From the NCBI RefSeq assembly GCF_009914755.1, contig NC_060926.1: DNA of 64,000 bases. One strand, given 5' to 3'. Under the pieces are notes generated by a model. It worked only from the letters and a program-made list of their open reading frames with translations. It ran no database searches and had not been told where the DNA came from. The stretch's first letter is position 1. Each line of letters opens with the position of its first letter. Positions 39,786 to 53,318 of this stretch are shown here, piece by piece. Source of the stretch: the human T2T-CHM13v2.0 reference genome, Homo sapiens. The translations under genes were made by a program, and so were the position numbers.

Positions 39786-40195
39786 GCAACCAGAGGCGAG
39801 GCCGGCGTGGGGGTGGGGGCGGCTGGGGAGTGAGGAGGGGGAGTAATAAAAAATGAAATAATACTAGTGGAATAATTCGGTTCTCAGGCAAGAGTGCTTC
39901 TGGAGGGTGGGGGCGGAGGAGGGCGGCTGCCGGGTCTGCTCGGCAGCTCTGCCCCCGCTACCCCCACCAAGGGCGGCCTCGGCCCGCTCTCTGCCCCCCC
40001 ACCCCGCCCCTTCCTCCTCTCCACCGCCTCTGGCTGGCTAGGCTCGCTGTTGCTACCTCTCCTCGCAGATGCAACGAGGTAAGGCTTGTTTGCGGTGCCA
40101 GCTGAAGGTGGGGAGGGGGGAGCGAAGCAGTGTGGCCGAGGTGGGAGGCAGCCGGCACTTGGCTCCAGCTTGGTCCTCGCGACTCCCCAAAACCG

Positions 40196-40220
40196 TATAT
40201 AAATATATCTCTTATAAAAG
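40196..40220. promoter_or_regulatory. TATA-like cluster inside the CpG island
   Basis: TATATAAATATATCTCTTATAAAAG: TATATAAA and TATAAAAG on +, TATAAGAG and TATTTATA on -. Confidence 0.55.
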
Positions 40221-40447
40221 CCGAGAGGAAGCAAATCAGATTCCAGGCTGCTGCCAGGTGTTGTCTCGTCTTCCGCCGTTGCTCAGCACCCGCCGCTGCC
40301 CCCACTGGCTCGATTCCCAAAGGGGTGGTGCTGGAAGGGAGGTGGCGGGGCGGCGAGCTGACCGTCCGAGAACTGGAAACAAGGTTCTTGCAGCGAGGGA
40401 GGCTCTCGGCTATCTCCGCCGCCGGCGCCGCGGCCGCCGCTGCTGCA

Positions 40448-40476
40448 TTCAGCACCCCGGGCGAGTGGACAGCTCC
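40448..40476 (+). promoter_or_regulatory. Non-canonical (expanded) RE1/NRSE, candidate REST site
   Basis: TTCAGCACC-ccgggcgagt-GGACAGCTCC: both RE1 half-sites, with a 10-nt spacer instead of the canonical 2 nt. Confidence 0.65.
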
Positions 40477-40814
40477 CACCCAGACCCCGCGCGTCACGCT
40501 CGTGGGGGCCTGACGCAGACGCCGCGGAGGGATGGAGGAGGGAAAGGGGATGAGAGGAAAAGAAGCTGGAGGGAGAGGGAGCAAGAGGAGGAGAGAACTG
40601 TGCGAGGGAAGGGGATGGGGAGGGACCAAGGGAAAGGGAGGTAACCAGGAGAGGGAGGGATTTAGGAAGGGAAGGAGGAGGGAGCGAAGTGAAGAGTAAA
40701 AGAAAGAAGGAGAAAGGCCACGGGGAGGGAGGGGAGCGATTCAGGCACTAACTCTTGCATTTCACCTCAGCAGGAACGTGTCGGTGTGGAAGGTCTGGTT
40801 GTAGACTCTCTGCC

Positions 40815-41495
40815 CACTGTCCACTATCACAGCTCCTCTCATTGCACATACAAGACACAGACACCTGTCAACCAGAGACCGTTTCTCTGTTCACATAAAC
40901 ATTTAAAGTAGATCTCAGTCTGCAAGCTTTCGAGGAGATAAAGTTTTGTGACTTCCACAATGAAGCTGGGACTTGATGGAGATTAAATTCCTCATGACTA
41001 AGGAAATGCTTGAGACATGAGACATGAGAAGGAAATGTTTCATTGAGGCTTGAGACATGAGAAGGAAATGCTTCAAATTTTCAAACAGGGAGGAGGTTGC
41101 TAGTACCATTTTTTTGTCAGCTTCTTCGCCTAGAATTTAAGCTCCAATTGACAGAGATAATTTTTTTAATTCATTTGATCCCGTGTGCCTAAGTCAGAGA
41201 TGGCATCTAGTAAATGTTCAATGCATATTTGTTGAATGGCTTGTGGCCACCATCACCACAGTCATCATTACTATAAGTCACAGTGCTCTTTCAATTGTGA
41301 GTCATAAGAATCCAGAGCAATATTTCAGCTTCGTCTTCACCAACATCCCCAGCCTCCTCCCTATTCAAGCCTTTCACTGAGCCGCTGACAAGAGGTAATT
41401 TGAAATGGATTTTAATTTCCTCTCCTATTTCTGCTACTGACTCATGTCACCCTACCCTATTTTTCTCAAGGAGTTTCTTGAGCAGCAAAGTGCCC
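40815..41495 (+). repeat. Local direct duplication, copy 1 (probable donor)
   Basis: Colinear with 46121-46800; 42-bp identity at 41394-41435. Confidence 0.88.
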
Positions 41496-41636
41496 CTAAA
41501 TGTGAAGAGCAAGAAAAAGAAGGAAACTTAAAGTGGTCTATATAAAACCTCAGTGTTTGCAGCTGTAGACTTTGGTCACTGAAAACTTAGGATTGCTTTT
41601 TTTGCCTTTCCTTATAAACCTCTCTCCCCCACCCCG

Positions 41637-41691
<55 letters not shown>

Positions 41692-41835
41692 CTCTAGGGC
41701 CATAGAGAAGATATGCCAGTGATTCATCCAAACAGCCATGGTAATGCCTTTACAAATATTGGAGCCATAGACAGAGTAGCATGCAAAATTTCTGCAGCAA
41801 AATATCATTGGAACGAAGTTCAGTCCAATGAGTCA
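41298..41835. promoter_or_regulatory. AP-1 (TRE) motif cluster upstream of the promoter
   Basis: TGAGTCA 41298-41304, TGACTCA 41438-41444, TGAGTCA 41829-41835. Confidence 0.5.
41637..41688. repeat. Compound (CT)12(CA)14 microsatellite
   Basis: Direct reading. Confidence 0.95.
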
Positions 41836-42463
41836 TAAGAAAACTACCCCTTTGCTGCCATCTCTATGAAATGATTCATTCCTACAAGCTCTAAGGAGAA
41901 AGGACCTACATCTCAGTCTTGGTTAACCCAGCATGGCTACTTGTCTGAATCATGCCCCAGGACTCACCATGGATGCTGAGACCCAGCCCAAGGTGCTCAT
42001 TTAAAGATGATACTAATATTTTTAATAACTACAAAATAATATTTATTGATTAATATCAGCACAAATACTGTGCAGCAACAAAAAACCTCTTTATTTCAAA
42101 AATTCTATTTGTTCTTCAAGAAAATATTTTGTGTTCCACATCACTCTGTATCTGTTTCTGGTATTGCAGAAATCATAGTCTATATAATAATTATCTCACC
42201 ATACATTCATCTCCCTTTGTCTGACTCAGAGCTTCTTTAAGGCTGGGATCAGTATCTATATTTGTATCACCAGCACATAATGCAGCACCTGAAGTTAAGT
42301 AGGTGTTCAAGAAAATGGACTCTGAATAAATAAGTGGCTTTTTTATTTCAGTGAAGCTACCATATTTCTCCCCTTCAGCCTGGACACATACATGTGAGTG
42401 CTCCCACATATGACTGAATATCTGCTTTACCTAAAATTGAGTTTTAGGGTTTTGTGCTCATTA

Positions 42464-42987
<524 letters not shown>

Positions 42988-43053
42988 CTAGAAACAGAGA
43001 ACTGCTAAGGACAGGAAGCAACAACAGGACTGCCTTTAGAAAGATTGAGAAGT

Positions 43054-43423
<370 letters not shown>

Positions 43424-45272
43424 TTAGATTCTTCTTACTAACTGCCTAATCATGAGCCCAAAAGTAAAATCCCCATTATTGTCTAATGAGTTCCAGAGTA
43501 AAAACAACCATAAAGACCATATTAAATCAATGGGTTCCTATTTAGACATTCAAAAAATATTTACTGAACACCCATCATCGGTAAGGCATTGAATTGTGTT
43601 GAAAGATGTGGGGAGCACAAACTGGTTGGAATTGCATCCTCAAGGGTCTAGTACTATAAATATGTATGTAGTCATAATATAAAGCATAAAATAGTAAGTG
43701 TTACAAAAGCATACAAAGTTTGGGGAGTGTTCAAAATAGGGAGATAATGCTTACAGCTTGGCAGCAATTAGGAGAGGTGGGAAGAGGGGGGAGGTGGAGA
43801 TAGTTGCCACAGCTCTGGGAAAGCTTTGAAAGCCTTTTTCAAGAAGTGACATTTGAACTGAGTTAAAATATGTGGAATTTAGAGGAGGGAGGCATATTCC
43901 TGGCAGTGGGAGCGCTGAATACTTTAGCTTTTCCATTAGGCTGTGGTGGAAGGTACTCAAAGGTAAGTAGCTAGAGGAAATGTCAGAAAGGTAGGCTGGA
44001 GCCAGATTCCAGAAGACCCTGGATGTCGCTCTGGGAGAAGATTTATTCATTGACCAGGTACTTGTTTTAATGGTTTTAAAGATTTGGAGCTGAAAGTGAA
44101 GGGCAAAAATAAACTTTATCTCTGAGCAGGTTAATTAACTGGATGGGATTTCATTGCTAACAGGTGGGAAGCAATCAATATTTTTCATTTCACGCCAGAA
44201 AGTTCTCAGCTCCTTAATAGATTTATTCTTTTAAACGAGGTTGTTTTCAGATATATTTCATTACATACAGGGATGCTGAGGTCATAAGAATTAGAAGAGG
44301 AATAGAGGAATGAAAGGCACCAAAAAATGGTCTTCAGGGAGAAATATTAGAAGACCCAGAGATTCAGAAGAGATGCATTATGGAGACCATTGTACTTGTT
44401 TCTCCAACAGAGAGCTCTAAAGGGACTCCATGTTAGTTGTTATTATTTCTTCTTTACCGAGACAGACAGTAACCCAGGCTAGAGGAGATTTTACAGACCC
44501 TTTAAAAAAAGAGGTTTAGAAAAATTGGACAGCTCTATGACTAAGATCTCATTGCAAAGTAAGTGTCAGATAGAGGCCAGAACTCACATACCTCCTCTTC
44601 TAATCCTCAATACAATTTGCTTTCTACTATATCACATTTGACTTTCTTCAAACATATAGCGCCTCAAGAATAGGTGTAGAATTATGGTTAATAGGCAAAT
44701 TAACAGCTACCATGTACTTTTCATATGTACTTAGAAGCACCTGGACACTTATTAAAAATATAAATTCTTAGGTGCCACTGCAAGTCTACTGAGTAAGAAT
44801 TTCTTGGGAAACAACCTGGAAATTCACTTTTTGACAAGTGCCTTACCCAAGTGATTTTTTTAAACCTCAAAATGCCTTAGATGATAGGTGTTATTTTTCA
44901 CATTTTTGAGGTAAGAAAACTGACTCTTGGGGAAACTAAGTCTAAGGTCATGCAGTTGGTAAATACTAAAGCTGAGATTCTAACAGAGGCCTCTCTGAAC
45001 CTGAAGTCTATGCTCTTCTTACTATGAAATACTGCCTTTTTAATTAGATCTCCAGGTGCCACATGGAATCCCCACATAGTTATCTGTCTGCCATACATGT
45101 CCCATGTCAAAAGATAGTTCAAATTCAAGGTAAAGTGTGGTAGGGAGCTTCTTAAATGGCCCCAGTGATCCCTGTCTCCTGGCATCCATGCCTTATTTGA
45201 TTCTAATAATTAGAATACAGTGAAAGTGATGGGATGTCACTTCAGAGATCAGGATACAAAAGACTGTGATTT

Positions 45273-45741
45273 GGCTGGGTGCGGTGGCTTACACTTGTAA
45301 TCCCAGCACTTTGGGAGGCCAAAGAAGACAGATCACTTGAAGTCAGGAGTTCAAGACCAGCCTTGCCAACATGGTGAAAATACAAAATACAACTAAAAAT
45401 ACAAAAATTAGCGAGGTATTGTGGTGTGCACCTGTAGTCCCAGCTACTTAGGAGGCTGAGGCTTGAGAATCACTTGAATCCAGGAGGTGGAGGGAGGTTA
45501 CAGTGAGCTGAGATTGTGCCACAGCACTGTAGCCTGGGTGACAGAGTGAGACCCTGTCTCAAAAATATATAAGAAGAAGAAGAAGAAGGAGAAGGAGAAG
45601 GAGAAGGAGAAGGAGAAAGAGGAGAAGGAGAAGGAGAAGGAGAAGAAGAAGAAGAGGAAGAAGAGGAGGAGGAGGAGGAGAAGGAGGAGGAGGAGGAAGA
45701 AGAGGAAGAAGAGGAGGAGGAGGGGGAGGGGGAGGGGGAGA
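45273..45741 (+). mobile_element. AluS with ~170-bp (GAA/GGA)n polypurine tail
   Basis: Alu body to ~45565, tail 45571-45741; flanking CTGTGA(T/C)TTG repeat. Confidence 0.92.
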
Positions 45742-46120
45742 GCTGTGACTTGCACCCTGCTTGCCCTTGCTCTCTCTGGCTCTTCTCACTTGTTCACTGT
45801 GATGGAGACCAGGTGCCATAGTGTGAGCTGTCCTATGGAGGCTCTCCCATGTGGTGAGGAACTGAGAACAGACTCCAGCCAACAGCGAGCAAGGAACCAA
45901 GGCCCTTAGTTCAACAGCCCATGAGGAACTAAATCTTGCCAACAGCCCTGTGAGTGAGCTTGGAAGTGGATCCTTCCCCAGTTGAGCCTTGAGATGACTA
46001 CAGTATTGGCTGACACCTTGATTGCAGCCTTATGAAAGCCCTGAGCCAGGGGTCCCAGAAAAGCTGTGCCTGAATTCCTAACTGTCAGAAACTATTAGAT
46101 AGATGTGGTTGTCTTAAGCC

Positions 46121-46800
46121 CTCTATATGTGATCACAGCTGCCACCTCCAAAACACGTACACAGAGATAATTGCCTGTCAACAAGAGTCCGCTTCCCTGC
46201 ATAAAAACATTTTGGACAGATATCAATCTGCAAGCCTTGGAAGAGATAAAGTTTTCAGAATCCCTCATTGAGCTTCGGAACACAGTGTAGATATCAAGTG
46301 ACCATGGCATGTGGTGGGATGGGAACTAGAGACTTATTTACTTGGTGTAGACCAAGTCTCTAATGACTAAGAACTCAAGAATGAAATGTTCCAAACATGG
46401 AAGGGGAATCCCAGAACCATCTTCTGTTTCCTTTTCTGAAATTTAGACTCCATGGGGCAAGTATTCTAGAGGGGATCCATTTTGATCCCATGTGCCTAGA
46501 TCAGTGACGGGACATAGCAGGCGCTCAGTAAAAATGTGTTGAATGGGTTGTGTCCATCATCACTGTAGTCAGCATAATTCTAAGCCTAGTTCTCTTTGAC
46601 TTATAGATCATAAGAATCCAGAGCAATATTGCAGCCTCATCTTCACCAATATCCCCAGCCTCTTATCCAAGCCTTTCACTAAACCATTGACAAGGGGGTA
46701 ATTTGAAATGGATTTTAATTTCCTCTCCTATTTCTGCTCCTGACCTATGTTACTCTGCTCCATACTTCTCAAGGAGTTTCTGGTGAGCTGAGAGGAGCAC
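46121..46800 (+). repeat. Local direct duplication, copy 2 (inserted in MLT1F)
   Basis: Colinear with 40815-41495; 42-bp identity at 46697-46738. Confidence 0.88.
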
Positions 46801-47439
46801 ACTACGTTGTGGGGTAATTTGTTACACAGCAATTGATAACCCATAAATAAGGGCACTTAGAACACCAACCATTATGCCCATACTTCCTGTATCTCAAGGT
46901 ATGCTACCCTAACCTCAGACAGAGTTTGATCATTCATAAGGCATTGAAAGTATAAATGTGAGAGCTCATGGGGGTGGGGAGGGGGAAGTATTTTGATATG
47001 CTTAATTGGTGAGCATGAATTCATGCCCTAAGATTATCTTAAGGATCACCTGTGGTGCTCATTAAAGGGGCAGATTCCTTGGTAGACTCTCGCCTCCAGA
47101 GATTCCAATTTAGTACAGTGTAGGATTTAGGTTATGCACTTTGGATTAGTTCCTTGGGCAATTCTGAGACAGGTGATCCTTGAGCTCCCTTGTGAAGAAC
47201 ACTGACTTAAAAGGTAAAGCCCAGAGCCAGGACCCCACCCTTCAAAGTTATCAGCTACTGTGAGAGCAGAGCTAGCCACTGCCTGCCATGAGTTAATATT
47301 ACTCTGTAGACATGAGTGAGTAAAGAGCAATTTCTGGATCAATGTCAAAAAGAAGCAACATAGTGAAACAGAAAAGATGCTGAACAGAGATTTGATCATT
47401 TGGCACTGGAGCCCTAGACCCTCCCAGTGATAGGTGTAC

Positions 47440-48030
47440 AGTAGGGAGCAAGACAGATCATGTCCACGCCCTCACAAAGTTAGCCTAGTGTGAAAGACAG
47501 AAAAGTAAGCAAATGAAATAAGTTAATTTCCTGTGTTGATAAGTGCTATAAGTAGACTAAACACAGTAATGTGATAGAGAATGACCCACTAGAATGTGTG
47601 TTGATGAGAGGAAAATAGATGGTAAGGGCTGCGATGGCTTTCCTGAATTTAGACCTCAAAGAGAAGGAACTAATGATGTGAAGATCTGAGGCTGTTTTCA
47701 ATCAGAGAAGTCAGCAAGCACAGAGCCTGAGGTGAGACTGATGTGGCACATTAGGGGAACAGAAAAAAAGGCCAGTTGGAGGCAAGGCAACGAGAGGCGG
47801 GGTAATGGAAGATGAAATGAGAGAGGAGGGCAGGAATCATGTTATGTAGGCTCCTGTAACAATGGGAAAAGAGATTGCATTTAATTCTAACTGAGCTGGA
47901 AAGCCACTGAAAGATTTTAAGTAATGGATTTTTATTTTGTAAAACATCCCTTTGGTTGCTGAGTAGGGAGTGGACTGGAAGTAGGCAAGAGTGGAAACAG
48001 CTTGGCCACTAATCAGCTGTATGACTCCAG
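47440..48030 (-). mobile_element. L2 fragment
   Basis: gataagtgctataag...gaaagccactgaaagattttaag...ctttggttgctgagtaggg, typical reverse L2. Confidence 0.6.
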
Positions 48031-50805
48031 AGATTGAGTACACTTGGGGCCTCAGTTTCCCAATCAGTAAAATGTTTGCTTGGCACCAAGGGAGCAGTAT
48101 GGTTCCTTCTAGCTTCACTATTCCATGAATACACCGTGGTAGCCTGAATTTGAGCCAAGCTCTTATATGTGAGTGGAAAATAAGTCTCTGGTTTCCATCT
48201 CACTGCATGGCATGGTCACTTGATATCAGCTCAGCACTTCCTCTTCTTCTCCAAGGCTCCTGACTAGTGCCTGAAACCACACAGATGGCCTCCTTGCCTG
48301 TCGCATCCCAGCCCAGAGCCATCTGCCGGGGTTTCCAGTCTGGGGATGCTCCTGGGGGGAAATAACTGGCCAGCCTGCTCTGTAGCATCACCGGCCCTGC
48401 TACCCACCCCCAGCACCACCCTGCTGCCTACCGCCAGCCTGTGCAGGCTTCTTGGAGCTCTTTTTCTGGGAAGGCAAATGGCATTATTAAATATTCAATA
48501 TGCCTGCAAAGAGGCAGTGGACATGATAGACGGAACCTGCTTTTCAATTGTGCTGAGAGGGCAGCTGCCTACTCAGAGTGAGGCTGGGACAAAGGAGGTG
48601 TGGTCTCAGCCCATGCTTCCCGGGGCTTCTCTGATGTGTCCACCCTACATGTGGTCCCAGACATGAGGGCTTTTACCCTTCATGGGGACAAGTCCCTCCA
48701 CAGACCATTCCTCATTGGTGACATATCATCTTGTTCAAGTGACATGTGACAATATATGGAATTATAGGTGTCTGAGATGTATGTGTGTACATATATAGTT
48801 CTAAACAGAAATGTAATCTGTATTTACCTCAAATTCCCCCAGCTCATATGTGTACAGTGATACCCACATTCTGCAAATGTTAGCCATGTACACGTAACCC
48901 ATTTTAACACAGGGCCCACTTAAAACAATGTGGCTTTAAAAACAGCCTGTTTTAAATGGCTGCCCAATGGGCACATGTAGCTTGATAGTCAGACAAATAG
49001 AAATATTGATTTTTAGATACAGACATAACAACAATAAAACCTTTAATTTATACACGTCCTTCTCCTGGGGAATCTGCAGGATGTGTCACTTCTCCCCTAT
49101 GTGGAGAGTCTAAAAGTTTATCTCTGCATGAGATGTGAAGCAGAATTAATATAAACACAGAGAAAGTCCTATGACATTCTAGTTAATGCTACCTATGCAC
49201 CACATGCACCCTAAGTATCTGAATTCACACACCATCCAAAATATAAATTATAACAAGAATTTGTATGTAATACCATACACATGCATGCTATGTGACTATG
49301 TCCTAAGTAACATTACCTGGAGATTAAAAAAACCTTTGTAAGTGCATTTTCATTTCTGCCTTTTCAGATTAGGTATAGTTATTGATATAGAACACTATTA
49401 CATGATTAGATAATTGGGTAAAAATCCATTAAGTGATTCACTTAAGATTCGTGCAATTTGCTATATATAGGTAAATACCTCAATATTAAAAAGTGAGAAA
49501 AAACAAAGTTGCCTCTTGAAATCCAGGATGCTGTCTCATAACCTGGGGCCAGGGTAATAAAGAGTATAGGCATACCTCGTTTTATTACATGTCACTGTAT
49601 TGCACTTCACAGATCTTGCATTTCTTACAAATTGAAGGTCTGTGGCAACCCTACATGGAGCAAGTCTATCGGTGACATTTTCACAATAACCTGTGCTCAT
49701 TTCATGTCTCTATGTCCCATTCTGGTAATTCTCACAATACTTCAAACTTTTTCATTATTATTATATCTGTTATGGGGATCTGTAATGAGTGGTCTTAGAT
49801 GTTACTATAGTAATTGTTTTGAGGTGTCATAAGCCATGCCCATATAAAACAATACATTTAATTGATAAATATTGTGTATGTCTTGATTGCTCCACTGACC
49901 GGCCATTCCCACATCTCTTTCCTGCTTCTCAGGCCTTCCTATTCCCTGAGACCAAACCATACTGTAATTAGGTCAATTAATAACACTACAATGACCTCTA
50001 AGGGTGCAAGTGAAAAGCAGAGTTGCATGTCTCTTATGTTAAATTGGAAACTAGAAATGATTATGCTTAGTGAGGAAGCCATTTTGCAAGTAGAGATAGG
50101 CCAAAAGCTAGACCTCTTGAGCCAAACAGCAAAGTTATGAATACAGAGAAAAAGTTCTTGAAGGAATTTAAAAGTACTACAGTGAACACATGAATGATAA
50201 GAAAGCAAAACTGCCTCATTGCTGATATGGAGAAAGTTTTAGTGGTCTGAATGGAAGGTCAAACCAGACACAACAGTCTTTTAAGCCAAAGACTAATCCA
50301 GAGCAAGGACCTAACTCTCTTCAATTCTATGAAGGCTGAGAGAGGTGAGGAAGCTGCACAAGAAAAGCTGGAAGCTAGCAAAGGTTGGTTCATGATCCTG
50401 TCTTCATAACATGAAAATACAAGGCGAAGCAGCAAGTGCTCGTGGAGAAGGGGCAGCAAGTTACCCAGAAGATCTAGCTAAGACAATAAATGAAGGTGGC
50501 CACACTAAATAACACATTTTCAGTGTAGACAAAACAGACTTATATTGGAAGAAGATACTATCTAGGACTTTCACAGCTAGAGAAGTAATTGCCCAGCTTT
50601 GATGCTTTAAAGGACAGGCTGACTGTCTTGTCAGAAGCTAATGCAGCTGATGACTTTAAGTTGAGACTAATACTCATTGACCATTCCAAAAATCCTGGGG
50701 CCCGTAAGAATTATGCTAAATCTACTCTGCCTGTGCACTATAAATGTAACAACAAAGCCTGGATGACAAGACATTTGTTTATAGCAAGGTTTACTGAATA
50801 TTTGA

Positions 50806-51902
<1,097 letters not shown>

Positions 51903-52702
51903 TGGTTTACTGAATATTTTAAGCTCACTGTTGAGAACTACTGCAAAGAAAAAAAAGATTCCTTTCAAAATATTACTGCTCATTAACAATGCACCTGGCC
52001 ACCCAAGAGCTCTGATAGAGATGCACCAGAAGATTAATGCTGTTTTCCTGCCCTGTTAACCCAACGTCCACTCCATAGCCCATGGATCAAGGAGTCATTT
52101 TAACTTTCCTGTCTTGTTGTTTAAGAAATACATTTTGTAAGGCTATAGCAGCCATACATAGTGATTCTTCTGATGGATCTGGGTAAAGTACCTTGAAAAC
52201 CTTCTGGAAAAGATTCATCATTCTAGATGTCATTCAGCACATTTGTGTTTCATGGGAGGAGGTCAAAATATCAACTTTAAACATGAGTTTGGAAGAAGTT
52301 GATTTCAACCCTCATGGATGACTTTAAGGGGTTCAAGACTTCAGGGGAGGAGGTCACTGCAGATGTGGTGGAAATAGCAAGATAATCATAATTAGAAATT
52401 ACAGCCTAAAGATGCTGCTGAGTTGCTGTAATTTTATGATAAAACTTAAATGAATGAGGAGTTGCTTCTTATGGATGAGCAAAGAAAGTAATTTCTTGAG
52501 ATGGAATCTACTCCTGGTGAAGATGCTGTGAACATTGTTGAAATGACAACAAAGGATTTAGAGCATTCCATACACTTAGTTGATCAAGCAGCTGCAGGGC
52601 TTAAGAGGAGTGACTCCGTTTTGAAAGAAGTTCTACTGTGGGTGATATGCTATCAAACAGCATCACATGCTACAGAGAAATCTTTCTTAAAAGAGCCAGT
52701 TG

Positions 52703-52999
52703 GGCCAGGAACGGTGGCTTGTGCCTGTAATCCCAGCACTTTGGGAGGCCAAGGCAGGCAAATCCCTTGAGGTCAGGAGTTTGAGACCAGCCTGGCCAAC
52801 ATGGTAAAACGCCGTCTCTACTAAAAATATAAAAATTAGCCAGGCATGGTGGTGGGCATCTGCAATCCCAGCTACTCTGGAGGCTGAGGCAGGAGAATCA
52901 ACCTGGGAGGCAGAGGCTGCAGTGAACTGATATCATGCCACCACACTTCAGCCTGGCAACAGAGCAAAACTCTGTCTCAAAAAACAAACAAACACAAAA
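52703..52999 (+). mobile_element. AluS in Tigger1
   Basis: Full dimer with A-rich tail. Confidence 0.92.
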
Positions 53000-53053
53000 G
53001 AGTCAATCAATGCAGCCAACTTCTTTATTGTCTTATTTTAATAAATAACCACA

Positions 53054-53318
53054 TGCCAGGTGCGTGACTCATGCCTGTAATCCCAGCACTTTGGGAGGCT
53101 GAGGATTGCTTGAGCCCAGGAGTTCAAGACCAGCCTGGGCAACATAGCAAGATCCTGTCTCTACAAATAATTTTTAAAAACTAGCCAGGTGTGGTGGCAC
53201 GTGCCTGGTGTCCCAGCTACTTGAAAGGCTGCAGTGAGCTGTGATTGCACCTCTGCACTACAACCTAGGTGTGACAGAGTAAGACCCTGTCTCAAGGAAA
53301 AAAAAAACAAAAACAAAA
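53054..53318 (+). mobile_element. AluJ (internally deleted) in Tigger1
   Basis: ttgagcccaggagttcaagaccagcctgggcaacatagcaaga. Confidence 0.88.

Larger units (their letters stand above)
38379..40170 (-). other. MARCHF4: Long 5' leader of MARCHF4 exon 1 (5' boundary approximate; the TSS may lie further up, towards ~40600)
   Basis: Continuous non-repetitive sequence between the start codon and the TATA-like cluster/CpG island; six upstream ATGs at 39785, 39717, 39454, 39388, 39273, 38925. Confidence 0.65.
39400..40530. promoter_or_regulatory. CpG island / MARCHF4 promoter region
   Basis: Abrupt rise in GC and CpG density (e.g. CGGCGCGGTCGCGAC, GCCGCCGGCGCCGCGGCCGCCGC) relative to the CpG-depleted remainder. 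Confidence 0.92.
45136..46850 (+). mobile_element. MLT1F-like MaLR LTR interrupted by an Alu and by a duplicated genomic segment
   Basis: tgtggtaggg...atggccccagtgatccctgtctcctgg; aacagcccatgaggaactaaatcttgccaaca; 3' end split as gttgtcttaagcc | actacgttgtggggtaatttgttacacagcaat. Confidence 0.8.

Noticed and set aside
39300-40644. Multiple 116-223 aa ORFs over the CpG island (plus strand and 39958..40629)
   Set aside because: Mostly non-ATG starts with Arg/Gly/Ala/Pro composition expected from high GC.
41001-41074. Short internal repeat TGAGACATGAGAAGGAAATG x2
   Set aside because: Local slippage in copy 1 of the duplicated block; not independently informative.
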